DNA of 35,733 nucleotides from Octopus sinensis (taxonomy: Eukaryota): assembly GCF_006345805.1 (NCBI RefSeq), contig NW_021828087.1:1-35733 (forward strand). Reading direction: 5' to 3'. The notes beneath the pieces are model-generated. The model saw only the letters and a program-made list of their open reading frames with translations, ran no database searches and was not told where the DNA came from. Positions 1 through 12,359 of this stretch are shown here, piece by piece. A program made the position numbers and the translations under genes. How positions within the stretch are numbered: position 1 is the stretch's first letter; the number at the start of each line of letters is the position of its first letter.

Positions 1-40
1 ACACAACGAAAATAATGATAATAATAATAATGATCACTTG

Positions 41-74
<34 letters not shown>

Positions 75-124
75 GAAAAACAACTCCAACAACAACAACA
101 GTAATAATAATAATAATAATGATA

Positions 125-156
<32 letters not shown>

Positions 157-330
157 TATAATATAATAATAATAATAATAATATAAACACCACAAAATAA
201 TAATAATTTAATAAATAAATATAATAATAATATTAATAATAACAACAAAATAATAATAATAATAATATAATAATAATAATAATATAATAATATCTATAAT
301 AATAATAATAACCACAAGACAACAATAATA
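1..330. repeat. (AAT)n microsatellite with short (GAA)n/(AAC)n
   Basis: Direct reading of tandem AAT units with interruptions. Confidence 0.95.
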
Positions 331-438
331 ATACACCGGGGATGTTTAACATGTGAGAGCGATAAAACACTGCTCCGAAATCTATCCAAAAACATCGGGA
401 ATAAAGACATCAAGTGGAGCCTAAAATAACTGATGAAG

Positions 439-689
439 TATTGGACTATATCCGAGTAAGAAATACTCACTGAAATTTATTTTTATTTTCCGATGGAAAT
501 TGTGTTTTTTTAACTGTGTGTCATCTCCGACACTCGCATAATATATGTAAACACGTTCGCCATACTGACATAGTTCTGGACTATACCCGAGCGTTAAAAG
601 TTTTGGGCTATATCCGTATAAGAAATACTAAAATTTATTTCTTTTTTTTTCCGAATGAAATGATGTATTTTAACTGTGTATCATCTCCA
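439..689 (+). repeat. Diverged ~90-bp direct duplication
   Basis: gtattggactatatccgagtaagaaatac...ttaactgtgtgtcatctcc (439-529) recurs as gttttgggctatatccgtataagaaatac...ttaactgtgtatcatctcc (600-689). Confidence 0.7.
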
Positions 690-696
690 TTGCTCG

Positions 697-990
697 CACA
701 AAGAATCCGCCGGCATGAGAAACGCCAACGTTCCTTTGAACAAGAAAAACAGTTCAACTCCAACTCCAAAAGATATTACCAAGAATTTGGCAAAAACAAA
801 ATAGAGATCAATGCAGCACCAACAGCAGAAGTGGAAGAATTTTGGAAAGAAATATTGTCGGCGAAGGAGAAACCTCAGAAAAGGTCTATCAAAACAACGA
901 CCTCAGCACCTGAACAACTCTGGGCTCCCATAACGACTGAACAGGTCACCCAGGCACTGCAAAACTAAGCAACTGGAAGGCACCCAGGTA
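697..990 (+). mobile_element. R4/Dong-like non-LTR retrotransposon internal fragment (upstream of the RT core)
   Basis: Translates RIRRHEKRQRSFEQEKQFNSNSKRYYQEF...EVEEFWKEILS...EQVTQALQN and, after a break, NWKAP(G), matching the pre-RT region of R4/Dong ORFs from recalled family knowledge. Confidence 0.7.
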
Positions 991-995
991 CGATA

Positions 996-1163
996 TTCTA
1001 ACTGGGCCCCCACCTGCAAGGTCATGCACTGTTTATCTTGATATGAGATCACTATGTCGCGCACATATGGTCGTGATGCATGTGCCAGGTGTACCCTTAT
1101 CAGACGTATATTCGTATATTTTACCGCAGTGTCTCTTTGATGGCATGCACTGCTCTCTCACTC
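996..1163 (+). mobile_element. 3' half of the (AAT)n-associated non-coding element
   Basis: High similarity to 1737-1925 (ttctaactgggcccc...ctgctctctcactc), ends directly into an AAT run. Confidence 0.85.
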
Positions 1164-1321
1164 CATAATAATAATAATAATAATAATAATAATATAATAA
1201 TAATAATATAATAATATAATAATAATAAAATATACTAATAATAATATAATAAAATAATAATAAAATAATATAATAACAACAACAACAACAACAACAACAA
1301 ACAACAACAATAATAATAATA

Positions 1322-1358
<37 letters not shown>

Positions 1359-1370
1359 AAAAATAATAAA
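1164..1370. repeat. (AAT)n/(AAC)n microsatellite
   Basis: Direct reading. Confidence 0.95.
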
Positions 1371-1925
1371 TGCCCTGATGCAGTACCAGGCAGTGGCTCT
1401 CATGGCTTCTGATCTTAACTGATTGGAAGTGTTATCATGTACATTGTTTTGTTTTGGTATAAAGATGGGCTACAGCAAATATTCTGCTCAATACCACATA
1501 TTGCTTGTCAGTTGTTTGACCTTACCAGTTGAGCATGTCCCTTAGTGGTTTGACGATATGTGCATCTCTGATCACGAGCAGAAGTAGTGGGGGATCATCA
1601 TAGCCATGTGTTGAGATGGATTCTTTTGGAGTTTGAATAGTTCACCCTCGGAAACATGGGGTGGTTCTTTCAACATCCTTAAACCACCCTTATTCAGGGA
1701 CCGTTTGAGCGGGATGGCTACTCAACCTGAAGAAAATTCTAACTGGGCCCCACCTGCAAGGTCATGTGCTGTTTATCTTGATATGAGATCACCATGTCGC
1801 GCACATATGGTTGTGATGCATGTGGCCTGGTGTACCTTTATCAAACGGGTAGTCATGATTGGTATATTGGGCTTCGTATGTTTTACCCCAGTGTCACTTT
1901 GATGCAATGAACTGCTCTCTCACTC
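1371..1925 (+). mobile_element. 555-bp non-coding element inserted in (AAT)n; probable non-autonomous retroelement
   Basis: Bounded by AAT runs on both sides (aataataaa|tgccctgatg ... ctctcactc|aataat); two 5'-truncated copies at 996-1163 and 7052-7226; no credible ORF or TIR. Confidence 0.75.
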
Positions 1926-1977
<52 letters not shown>

Positions 1978-2044
1978 TAATAATACTAATATATAATAAT
2001 AATATGATAATAATGATATAGCAACAAATAATAATAATAATTTG

Positions 2045-2125
<81 letters not shown>

Positions 2126-2127
2126 TA
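1926..2127. repeat. (AAT)n microsatellite
   Basis: Direct reading. Confidence 0.95.
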
Positions 2128-2129
2128 GT

Positions 2130-3936
2130 AAGTGAATGTAACACGCTGGCACAGAATGAATCTAAGAAAAGACACAAGAACCTAGGGAGAGTAATCTACA
2201 AGACAGTCTCCTATAGACCGTGGAATATTCCAGAGCGATTCACTTTCCCCTCGCGTCTTCTGTCTTTCCCTCATTCCCTTATCCCACGAGGTGAATAGAA
2301 CAAATTATGGTTACAAAATGTTTGACAAGATCACTTCAAACATAGATGATCTGAAATTGTACGCAAAAGATGACACGGATCTAAAAGGACTACTAGTAAC
2401 TGTGAAAAAGTTCTGTGATGACATGAGTATGGAATTTGGTCTTGACAAGTGTACTAAAGTTTTGTTCGAACATGGTAAATCAACAGCTAATACCATGGAC
2501 CAACTTTATAATGATACATCTATCAAGGACCTGGACCAAAAGGCTTCTATAAGTATCTTGGGATACGTAAAAGGAAAGGGATTCAACATGGATCAATGAA
2601 AGAGAAGATTAGGAAAGAGTATTATAGACGAATCAGAATGGTCCTGAATACTGAGCTGAACTCTCAGAACAGAATTACAACAGTTAAGTTCCAGGCGGTA
2701 CCATTTGTCTAGTATAGCCTTAATGTCATCTACTGGAATCTGAGTGATCTCCAGCGTTTGGACATAAAGACCAGGCAACTGCTGACATTAAACAGAATGG
2801 ACCAACCAAAATCAGACTTCCACAGGCTTTATCTCCCACGAAAGAAAGGCGGCAGAGACCTAATCCACTGAAAACGTCCTATACAACAGCCACGACAGGA
2901 CTCCAAGTAACAGCGGCTGCATGATACAGCTGGTAGGGCCACACGGACAGAGTAAGAAACTGCACTTAATCACAAAGGAGACATATAAGTACAAACGAGG
3001 GCTTAACCTTCCTAATTATCATAATGATAAGGAGGACACACCATCCATTAAGGCTACAAAAATGTGTAAAACAAAAGCCAAACAAGAAAGCTTGAAGGAC
3101 ATATCAAGACTGGGGAGAAAGAAAAACTACTGCATGGGCAACACCCCGAACGTGCTGGAGAAGCTGATGTAGATATAGGAAGAACCCATCAGTGGGTGCA
3201 GAGCGTTGGTCTGAAAGCCGAAAAAGAAGAATATATCCTCGCTCCGAAATATCAAGCTAATGTCACACACAATGAGATAGACACAAAATGTAGACTCTGA
3301 AATGACAACCTTCAGAGTATTGAGCACATTGTTGCTGGTTGCTCAGTCTTTACTCCTACAGAATATAAACGAGGCATGATTAAGTTAGCCAATAATTGCA
3401 CAGGAGCATATACCATCATTATGATATCCTGTACCCTAAGAACTGGTATGAACACCATCCAGAGCCAGTCACCGAGGGAGAGAATGTTACCAGCCTATGG
3501 GATTATGGGATATATACAGACAGGCAAATAAATGAAAACAGACCAGACATGGTCGTCAAAGACATAAGACAAAAACCATGCCTGTTAATTGATATGGCAG
3601 TACCTTCTGATAGAAACATCTCAGCAAAAGAATTTGAAAAACTGTCGAAGTATAGGGATCTTGAGATTGAGATAACTAAGACGTGGCAAATTAAAAACCA
3701 AAACCATCCCTCTTGTTGTCGGTGCCATGGGAATGATCAAGAAAAATAGTGACAAAGTTTTGACTAAATTCCTGAGAAACCAACAGTCTGAGACTCAAAA
3801 AATTGTGTTGACATCAACCGCCCACATTCTTAAGAACTTTTTCTCCATCTAGTATATACGTGTCTTAGGCCTCTTGTTGAAACCCGATCGGAAGACGAAA
3901 TAAAATGCAAATCAATCTGAAAATAATAATAATAAT
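2130..3936 (+). mobile_element. 5'-truncated, decayed R4/Dong-like non-LTR retrotransposon (RT C-term, CCHC knuckle, REL endonuclease, AAT tail)
   Basis: RT motif IDDLKLYAK at 2342; EFGLDKC; knuckle C-R-L-*-X8-H-X4-C at 3289-3342 with second Cys mutated to TGA; PD-(D/E)xK nuclease NRPDMVVKD...LLIDMAVP...KLSKYRDL; stop 3850-3852; short 3' UTR then (AAT)n at 3922-3936. Many frameshifts. Confidence 0.9.
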
Positions 3937-4017
3937 GATATATTTATATGTATGCATATATATATATATATTACAGAACAATAGAATTAAAATTCTTTGA
4001 TTAAAAGCCTTTCTAAC

Positions 4018-5040
4018 ATGGAAGTATCCAAAGAGCATTTAAGGCATTTAATGCTTTATGAATACAAAAAAGGAAACTCTGCAGACGAAGCAACTCGAAA
4101 CATGCACTCAGTTTATGGGAAAGAATGCTTGAATGAAAGAACTTGCAGAAGATGGTTTGCAAAATTCAGAAGTTGAGATTTCAGCCTTGAAGATGAAGAT
4201 CGAACAGGACGTCTATCCGAGTTTGATGATAAGCTCCTTGAGGCATTACTTGAAAAAAATCCTGCATTATTAGTGGAAGAATTGTCAATAAAGCTTAGTT
4301 CAAACCATACAACTGTTCATCGTCATCTTTAACAACTTGGGAAAGTTCCTAAACTTGGAAAATGGGTGCCTCATGAACTGTCCGAAAACAACCACAAATC
4401 GCGAGTTGACATCTTCTCCTCTCTCCATTCTCGCAAACTCATTTTGCCCTTTTTGGATAGACTTGTGACTGGTGACGAAAATGGATCTTCTCTCGAAATG
4501 TTAAACGTCGTAAACAGTGGCTTGGTAAAAGGGGAAAAAGCTCAACAACAACCGAGAAGGGAACTTCATGGGAAAAAGGTTCTTCTCTCTATCTGGTGGG
4601 ATTGCAAAGGAGTATTTCACTTTGAATTGTTACCACCTAATGCAACAATCAATGCTCAAGTCTACTGTCAGCAATTAGAGCGTTTGAACGAAGCTTTAAA
4701 GAAAAAAGACCCGTTTTAGTGAATCGAAAAGGGTGATGTTTCATCAGGACAATGCGCGACCCCACACTGCAAAGATCACATCACAGAAGACCGAAGAGAT
4801 TGGTTGGGAAAAGATTCCTCATCCACCTTATTCTCCCGACCTTGCTCCTTCAAACTACCATTTGTTTCGTAGTTTATAGAATCATTTGGAGGACATAACT
4901 TTCGCAAGCCAGGAGGAGGTCGAAACTGGCATTTCAGAGTTCTTCGCTTTGAAACCAAAAGAGTTTTACATTGATGGGATTAAAAAGCTTGTAAATAAAT
5001 GGAAGGAAGTCATAGATAATCAGGGAAAGTACACTGAGAA
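4018..5040 (+). mobile_element. Decayed mariner transposase (Mos1/Hsmar1-like)
   Basis: MEVSKEHLRHLMLYEYKKG...RRWFAKF; WVPHEL; LVTGDE; LLSIWWDCKGV; later FHQDNARPH and HPPYSPDLAPS; stops and frameshifts; TIRs not seen. Confidence 0.9.
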
Positions 5041-5359
5041 AGAGAGACAGAGATTTTATATGTAAAATTGTTATATATGAATTTTATTCTTATCTGTCAA
5101 TATATTTCCATGTGAGGAACATGTAATTCCTGTCATCTTGTTTCTATGGGAATCAGTTTAAACCTAACCGGTATATAAGCTGGCATCAAATCATGTCTTC
5201 CGTCGCTTGAAAATCGGAATCGAGGAACTTCAAGTAGTGACTCACAGACTTCAGGTTTGAATAAATAATATTCTACTCTGTTTAATAATACTGAGTAATT
5301 TTCTTCACCTAAATTCTTTTCACACCATTTTGATACTGCTAACTAACCCGTTCCACACA

Positions 5360-5411
5360 CATTTATATCTATATGTACACACTTGCTTACATGGATACAT
5401 ACATCCATACG

Positions 5412-5442
<31 letters not shown>

Positions 5443-5443
5443 G

Positions 5444-5475
<32 letters not shown>

Positions 5476-5584
5476 TATATAATGTATATATATGTATGTT
5501 CGCAAACATATGTAATATATGTATGCATACATGTATATGCATATATATATATATATATACATATATATGTATGTGTATGTGTGT

Positions 5585-5623
<39 letters not shown>

Positions 5624-5650
5624 TGTGTGTGCGTGTGTGTGTGTGTGTTT
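5360..5650. repeat. (CA)n/(TA)n/(TG)n compound microsatellite
   Basis: Direct reading. Confidence 0.95.
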
Positions 5651-5759
5651 CTAATCAGCAGTTGAAATAAAAGAAAGAAAAATTATAAGAAACATCATTG
5701 GAATAAATATTGAATATTTTCTGGTCTCCCTGAACTAATTAACCTGTTGTAAGGGGTGA

Positions 5760-6180
5760 TGTAGAATGGGGTGGGGGAGATTGTACGAGGTGGCCGGGGT
5801 TGTGGTGGGTAGTTGTAGTGGCGGTGGTGGTGACAGTGGTGCTGGTTGTGATAGCAGTGTTGGCGGAGGTGGTAGTGAAAACAATGGTTGTTGTTGTAAT
5901 GGTGGCTGTGGTGGTGATGGTGGTGGTTGTGGTAGTTGTGGTGGTGGTGGTGGTGGTTGTAGTAGTTGTAGTTGGTGGTGGTGGTAGTGGTGGTTGTGGC
6001 TGTGGTGGTGGTTTAGTTGTTGGTGGTGGTTGTGGTGTTGTTGGTGATGGTGGTGGTGGTGATGTGGTATGTGGGCGGTGTGATGAGTGGTAGTGTAATG
6101 GCGTAGTGGTGGTGGTGGTAGTGATAGTGGTGGTGGTGGTGGTTGTGCGGTGGTGGTGGTGGTGGTGGTGTGGTGGTGAC
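5760..6180. repeat. (GGT/GTT/GTA)n degenerate trinucleotide tract
   Basis: Direct reading; source of the Pro/His/Thr/Val ORFs. Confidence 0.9.
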
Positions 6181-6477
6181 ACAAACGCAATGACGAAACC
6201 AAATGAAGAATCAAAATGGAAAAGAAATATATTTTGGCAACATTGAAAACAACAACAAACCTCTCAGCAACAACAACAACAACAACAAACACACTAAGAA
6301 CAACGCTGACAATCACTGGATCGCCAAAGCATGTGTGGTCAGCCTTATCCTTGGTTCAGTGATATTCCATCATGAGACTCTTCTTGCTGCCTTCATCTTT
6401 TTTTCCATTTAAATAAACCCGCTTCACACAATGTCTGTTTCAACATGATATCCCTGTGGCAAGTAAAAGAATTCATT

Positions 6478-6945
6478 TATTTATTTCTAATCTGCATGTT
6501 TGTCGCAAACACTCGCCGAGATACACCCAGTGTCCTAGGGCGAGTGAAGGATAAAGGCTTGGGGAGGGGCAAGTGATAGGAGCAGTAGCGAAGTATCTTC
6601 ATGCAACACAGCACAAACATTTAAATTGATAGGGTTTTCCCAAGGATGTGGGCAATACTTGTCAGCAGCACATTCTTTTGGATTTCTTTGAGACATGGTT
6701 CTCCTGGAATATTATCTAGATGTTTCTGACATCCCTTTCTTATTATACCTAGGACACCCAAAGTAACAGGAAAGGTTCTTGCTTTAAGATGCCACATCTT
6801 TTGTATTTCAATCTCCAGGTCCTCATATATACTTAATATATCAAATTTCCTTAGAGATATATTTTTATCAGTGGGAACACTTACATCTATTAGTCTACAA
6901 GTATTTTCTTCTTAGTCTTTAATGGTTATGTCTGGTCAATAAGCC
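6478..6945 (-). mobile_element. R4/Dong-like retrotransposon 3' fragment (REL endonuclease end and 3' UTR)
   Basis: Minus strand reads IKD*EENTCRLIDVSVPTDKNISLRKFDILSIYEDLEIEIQKMWHLK...LGVLGII...KEIQKNVL, homologous to 3540-3850; preceded on the minus strand by (AAT)n. Confidence 0.85.
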
Positions 6946-6951
6946 TGGATC

Positions 6952-6981
6952 TATTATCATCATTATTATTATTGTTGTTGC

Positions 6982-7051
<70 letters not shown>
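6952..7051. repeat. (ATT)n microsatellite
   Basis: Direct reading. Confidence 0.95.
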
Positions 7052-7226
7052 GAGTGAGAGAGCAGTGCATGCCATCAAAGAGAAATTGGGGTACGAATAT
7101 ACGAAGCCCAATATACCCATCATGACTACTACTCTGATAAGGGTACATTAGGCACATGCATCACAACCATATGTGCGCTACATGGTGATCTTTTATTAAG
7201 ATAAACAGCACATAACCTTGCAGGTG
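7052..7226 (-). mobile_element. 3' half of the (AAT)n-associated 555-bp element
   Basis: Reverse complement of about 1750-1925 (gagtgagagagcagtgcatgcc...ccttgcaggtg). Confidence 0.85.
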
Positions 7227-7312
7227 TCGATTTCTCCAGGCACCAACAAAAATTAGTGAAAACATCGTTACCAGGTCATATTTACTTGCCAGTGACTAAG
7301 CTTTGAAGCATA

Positions 7313-8587
7313 CGAGGATCGGCTGAAAAGATGATAGGCTGACCAAGATACTCTCATGGAATGTGACCAAACACGATTCATTTTTCATTATTTTTCAACA
7401 TACAACATAGTCCCCCTTTACGGTCCACACACTCCTTGCACCAGTATTGCAGTTCACTGATCCCATTGGTGAAGAGGCTTTCATCCTATTGGTCAGAAAA
7501 ATCATCAACAGCAGGTATAACGTCATCATCACTGCGATACTGCTTCCCAGTCAAGCGTTTTTGTCATCTTGGGGAACACGTGTTAGTCGGTTGGGGCTAA
7601 ATTAGGAGAATCGGGAGGATGATGAACCAGTTCAAGGCCAGAGTTACGCACGGTAGCCATTGAAACTAAGGACTTGTGTGCTGGAGCATTGTCTTCATGA
7701 AACAAGACCCCTTTCATCAGTTTTCCAAAAAGTTTGGTCTTGTTAGTCTTTTGTAACTGCCCAATAAGTTGGCATAGTATTCTCCATAGTCCTTCTAAAG
7801 ACAGCTTCTAAACACAACGCCTTTTGCATCCCAGAAAATGGAGGTCATCACCTTCCCGGCACGTGAAACGACTTTTGCCTTCTTTGAAACAGTTGTCTCC
7901 ACTGCATGGATTATCTCTTTGTCTCTGTCTCAAAGTGATGGAGCCAGAATTCATCCTGTGTTAGGAAATGCTCGATGAAGCCAGCTGGATCCGCCTCAAA
8001 TAATGTCAGATTTTCCCATGTTCTGATCAGCCTGGTATGCTTTTGATCAGGTCCCAAAAGATGTGGCACCCACCGAACAGAAACCTTCGTCATGCTAAAT
8101 TCATCGTGCAGAATATTCTCAACTTTCTATGCTGATAGCATAGGCTATTTGATTTATAGTCAATCGCCTGTATCCACAAGCATGTGATGACCACAATCAA
8201 TGTTTTCCTTGGCGGTAGCAGTTGCCAGACGTCCAGACCTTAGGCTATCTTCAAGACTTGCCCTTTGCCTCTTGAATTCAGCTGTCCACTTTTGCACTGT
8301 TGATAAAACTGGAGCATCATCCCCTAATGTAGCATGTTGGCATGAATGTCCTTGGGGCCAAATCCTTCTTCTGCAGGGACTTGAAAACATCGCGAAGCCA
8401 AGTTTTGTCCATTTTCAAGCGAAGTCATTACTAGTTACTTTTGGAATCTTCTTTGAACACACAAATGTTAGTTTACCTGGAAAGAAGCAATGCAGCTATC
8501 AGAAGGGTTGAAATTAATGACATGCACCATTTCACAGCTCTGGCATCTCCTTCGTAGTCAGCCTATGTGCTTTGCACTCCACTCTCG
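7313..8587 (-). mobile_element. Full-length but decayed mariner element
   Basis: TA-flanked; 31-bp TIRs 7313-7343 and 8557-8587 match at 22/31; minus-strand transposase remnants from ATG 8412: STVQKWTAEFKR, WVPHLL, FLTQDEFWLHHF; 1275 bp. Confidence 0.88.
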
Positions 8588-8589
8588 TA

Positions 8590-9354
8590 AACATATATAC
8601 GTTACACACGTATACACACATTCGCATGAATATATGTTGCACATACACACATATATAGGCAAATATGATGAAGTACAAAATGCAAACTTACAAATGCACA
8701 CGTGATCGCGCAGAGTAGGCGCCCGTTCTTCCAATGAAAACCTATGCAAATTCATACACGCATACACATACTTAGACGTGCGCAGATATACACACATTAC
8801 ATATACACATACTCACAACACAAATACACGCGCATGCATAGATATACACAGACATCTGCAGCATTGCACAAGCAACAAATATAAAACAGTTATGCAAACA
8901 CATACACGAAATAGACAAATACATGATTATATACACCTTATAAACAAGATATATGAGTATATAAAAATTTTAAAACATGCATATATATGTATGTGTACAT
9001 ATATGTATTTGTGTGTGTGTGTGTATAAATATAATTTTTTATATATTATATATACGTATATAAATATATAAATATATAAAATATAAAATATATAAAGTAG
9101 GGGAAAATATAAAAATGCGAAATTTATTTAAAATTTATTCAAAAATTTGTTGACAAATTATACAAAAATTTGAAACTATTTAGATTTGTAAATATATTTT
9201 AGAAGTATAAGATTTGTATAATAATTGATGTATAATGGTTATATAATTGATGTATAATGGGTATATAATTGCTGAATAATGGCTGTATGATCAGAAAGAA
9301 GGTGGACAACATACGGGATTACAAGACGTTGGAACATAGATACAAGAAACGTGG

Positions 9355-9399
<45 letters not shown>

Positions 9400-9822
9400 A
9401 TACACATTATATATACATACATATGTATATATATATATATATATATATGTACATATGTGTGTATATATCTATATATATGTACATATGTGTGTATATATCT
9501 ATATATATGTACATACGTATATACACTCACACACTCATACACACACATACATACATATGTCACTGCCTGGACGTATATATACTTTAGTGTGTATGTGCAT
9601 GTGAGCTGACACGTACCCACATACTGATGGTCATGTACACATAGATACACACTGTTTCACACATACACACACACACTTGCACATAGAATTTAATTTACAA
9701 TTTCACGTTCCAATACTTGTGCACAAAACATAATTGCAAGCAACCATACATTCCAGATTTACACACGTATAGATATGCACATATATACATACACGCACAT
9801 ATGTGTATACACACACACACAT

Positions 9823-9893
<71 letters not shown>

Positions 9894-10340
9894 CCATCCG
9901 CCTACACATACATAGATAAGAATGTTAAAAATATGAAAGAAAACCTGGAGCAGGAATTAGGATTTCGAAAATATGGTATAAAACACAGAACAAAATACCT
10001 AATATAATGCATAAATAAACATGACATATATACATACAGGTGTCAAAACCATAATGATATCATGGGGCAGCCGATGATGGGGGTATGTTGGATTGTTGGT
10101 ATGGCTGTTATTGTATGTGCGGAATAGTATAATAACACATCATTTTGATACATATATATATACATTTAGATAGACAGACACACACATACACATACATACA
10201 TACATACATACAAACATAAATACATACATACATATACACACATATATAAACAAATACACACATACACAAACACACGCACACACACACACCACACACACAC
10301 ACACATACACACACGCGTGTACACATACACACACATTATT
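8590..10340. repeat. Interspersed (CA)n/(TA)n/(TACA)n low-complexity region
   Basis: Direct reading; several compound microsatellites with short AT-rich spacers. Confidence 0.8.
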
Positions 10341-10422
10341 TATATGTAAATATGCATGATGGCTGTCCACTCATGAGCGAGGAAGATCATCACTGATCTT
10401 CAATTTTTCTACATGAAAAGTA

Positions 10423-10932
10423 CCGTATGTCCTCGAGTATAGTCCGCCCTTGAGTATAATACGCAGGGGGGTTTAGGGGGCTGTACCTCTGAAAAACCTA
10501 AACCGTGTGTATAGTACGCGCCCCTTCTCTAACTTCAGTCAAGGAGGTCTATATAACGTCCTTGGTTTGTAAAACTGTATACGGTAACGTCCTTTATTAC
10601 TATTGTATATATAACATAACGCAAACGTGTAGCTTTTTTGTGCATTTCGTTCGCAGAAAATAAAGAAATAACAGTAATAGCGTTTAATAAATGTTGCTCA
10701 CTGCAAGTTATGGATGATTCTTTTACGACTTCATTGCTTTCAGGCTTAGCTCAAGGTATTTTCGCACCCGACATCACAAAATGCGTCTGAATAAACATTG
10801 CCGGACAGCAAATAGAGACTCGGACATTGCTTAGAAAATAATTTTCATTTTTAACCTCGTATATAGTACGCACTAGGGATTTTGACCATTAAATTTTGGG
10901 AAAAAATGCGGATTATACTCGAGGATTTACGG
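10423..10932. mobile_element. 510-bp non-autonomous Tc1/mariner-superfamily MITE (CCGTA-type TIR, Tc2/pogo-like)
   Basis: TA|ccgtatgtcctcgagtatagtccgc ... gcggattatactcgaggatttacgg|TA; TIRs match at 22/25; no ORF. Confidence 0.85.
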
Positions 10933-11280
10933 TACGTGTTTTTCCGAAAATATTCATTCCTTTCTTTACTTGTTTCGTCCGTTGGGAAAGCAATGCCAGG
11001 CTTCCTTTCCCAGCTGGCCTCCCATATTTCACATACCTTCGACGAAGTCTTTACACAGCTCTTAAACTGTAGTCTTGGTTTCTGCTAGTGGGTGCTTCCA
11101 TAAACAAGTTGGCCATATAGCATCTGTTTAGGGATCTTCCGATTATTAATCCGAACAAGATGTCCAGTCCAACGTAAATGGTATCTGTACGCCATCGCTT
11201 CAATACTCAGGACGTCGGCACAACTCTGATGAGCCGTTCAAGGACCATTACATTACACACACGCGCACACACACACGCAC

Positions 11281-11318
<38 letters not shown>

Positions 11319-11427
11319 ACAAACGCATACATTAAACATACACACACACACATTCCCTCAGAAAATACTTATCTAGAAGTTGGCTAACATGTAGCAACAA
11401 TTAGTTAACTGCCGATTGTTAACATAT

Positions 11428-11561
11428 GGTGCAGGAGTGGCTGTGTGGTAAGTAGCTTGTTAACCAACCACATTGTTCCGGGTTCAGTCCCACTGCGTGG
11501 CACCTTGGGCAAGTGAGTGGGTTTGGTAGACGGAAACTGAAAGAAGCCTGTCGTATATATG

Positions 11562-11592
<31 letters not shown>

Positions 11593-11810
11593 TTGTGTGT
11601 CTGTGTTTGTCCCCCTAGCATTGCTTGACAACCGATGCTGGTGTGTTTACGTCCCCGTCACTTAGCGGTTCGGCAAAAGAGACCAATAGAATAAGTACTG
11701 GGCTTACAAAGAATAAGTCCCGGGGTCGATTTGCTCGACTAAAGGTGGTGCTCCAGCATGGCCGCAGTCAAATGACTGAAACAAGTAAAAGAGTAAAAAG
11801 AGTAAAGAGA
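11428..11810 (+). mobile_element. tRNA-derived SINE family A with internal (TA)/(TG) microsatellite
   Basis: A-box-like tggctgtgtgg, B-box-like ggttcagtccc (11481), internal microsatellite, 3' hairpin cagtc-aaat-gactg, (AAGAGTA)n tail; homologous copies at 21805-22983 and 26363-26757. Confidence 0.88.
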
Positions 11811-12359
11811 GATATATGTGCTCTCCTACACTGTGACATAGATATTATAATAACTGAGACACATCCACTCTAGTAGCAACCTTCGCTCAAAAGCACATTC
11901 ACATTAAAGAGCAAGTTTATGCAAATACATCCTCTGTTATAAACATCCGGTGTGATGTCATAACCAGGATATCAGTCACTATTAAAACCTCAAAATAGAA
12001 TATCGGAAATTTAAGGATTAACGGAGCTATGATGATGAATAACTTAAATCTTCCCTTTAAGAACGAAAATTAAGTGATCTGGCAGTCTCACAAGTAGCCG
12101 TCTGCAAAGGCTGAAGCCCTAGAAAATATTCGATGTGTAAAAAATACTTTCTTTTATATTGTACACAGTAAAGAATGGAACAAAAGGTATCTCTGTTTTC
12201 ATGATAAGGGATGTTAAACCCGAAATATTAAAATACATACCAAATGTGAAAACCGTTGCCAACTTGTTTTCTTTGGATTTTATTCTGTTTTCACTCTTTT
12301 CTTTTATTTTCTTAAATACCACTACTCTGCTTCATAATAGAAATTACAATATTTTCATA

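Noticed and set aside
425-490. CTGATGA-AGTATT...AATACT-CACT-GAAA as a hammerhead
   Set aside because: Four extra bases before GAAA and no workable stem III; kept only as part of the duplication.
516-968. 150-aa ORF as a gene
   Set aside because: Chimera of a duplicated non-coding repeat and a Dong-like fragment.
11220-11250. CTGATGAGCC as a hammerhead or snoRNA box
   Set aside because: No GAAA core or partner box.
12150-12195. 18-nt micro-exon (cag|taaagaatggaacaaaag|gtatct)
   Set aside because: Weak donor, and such short matches are expected by chance.
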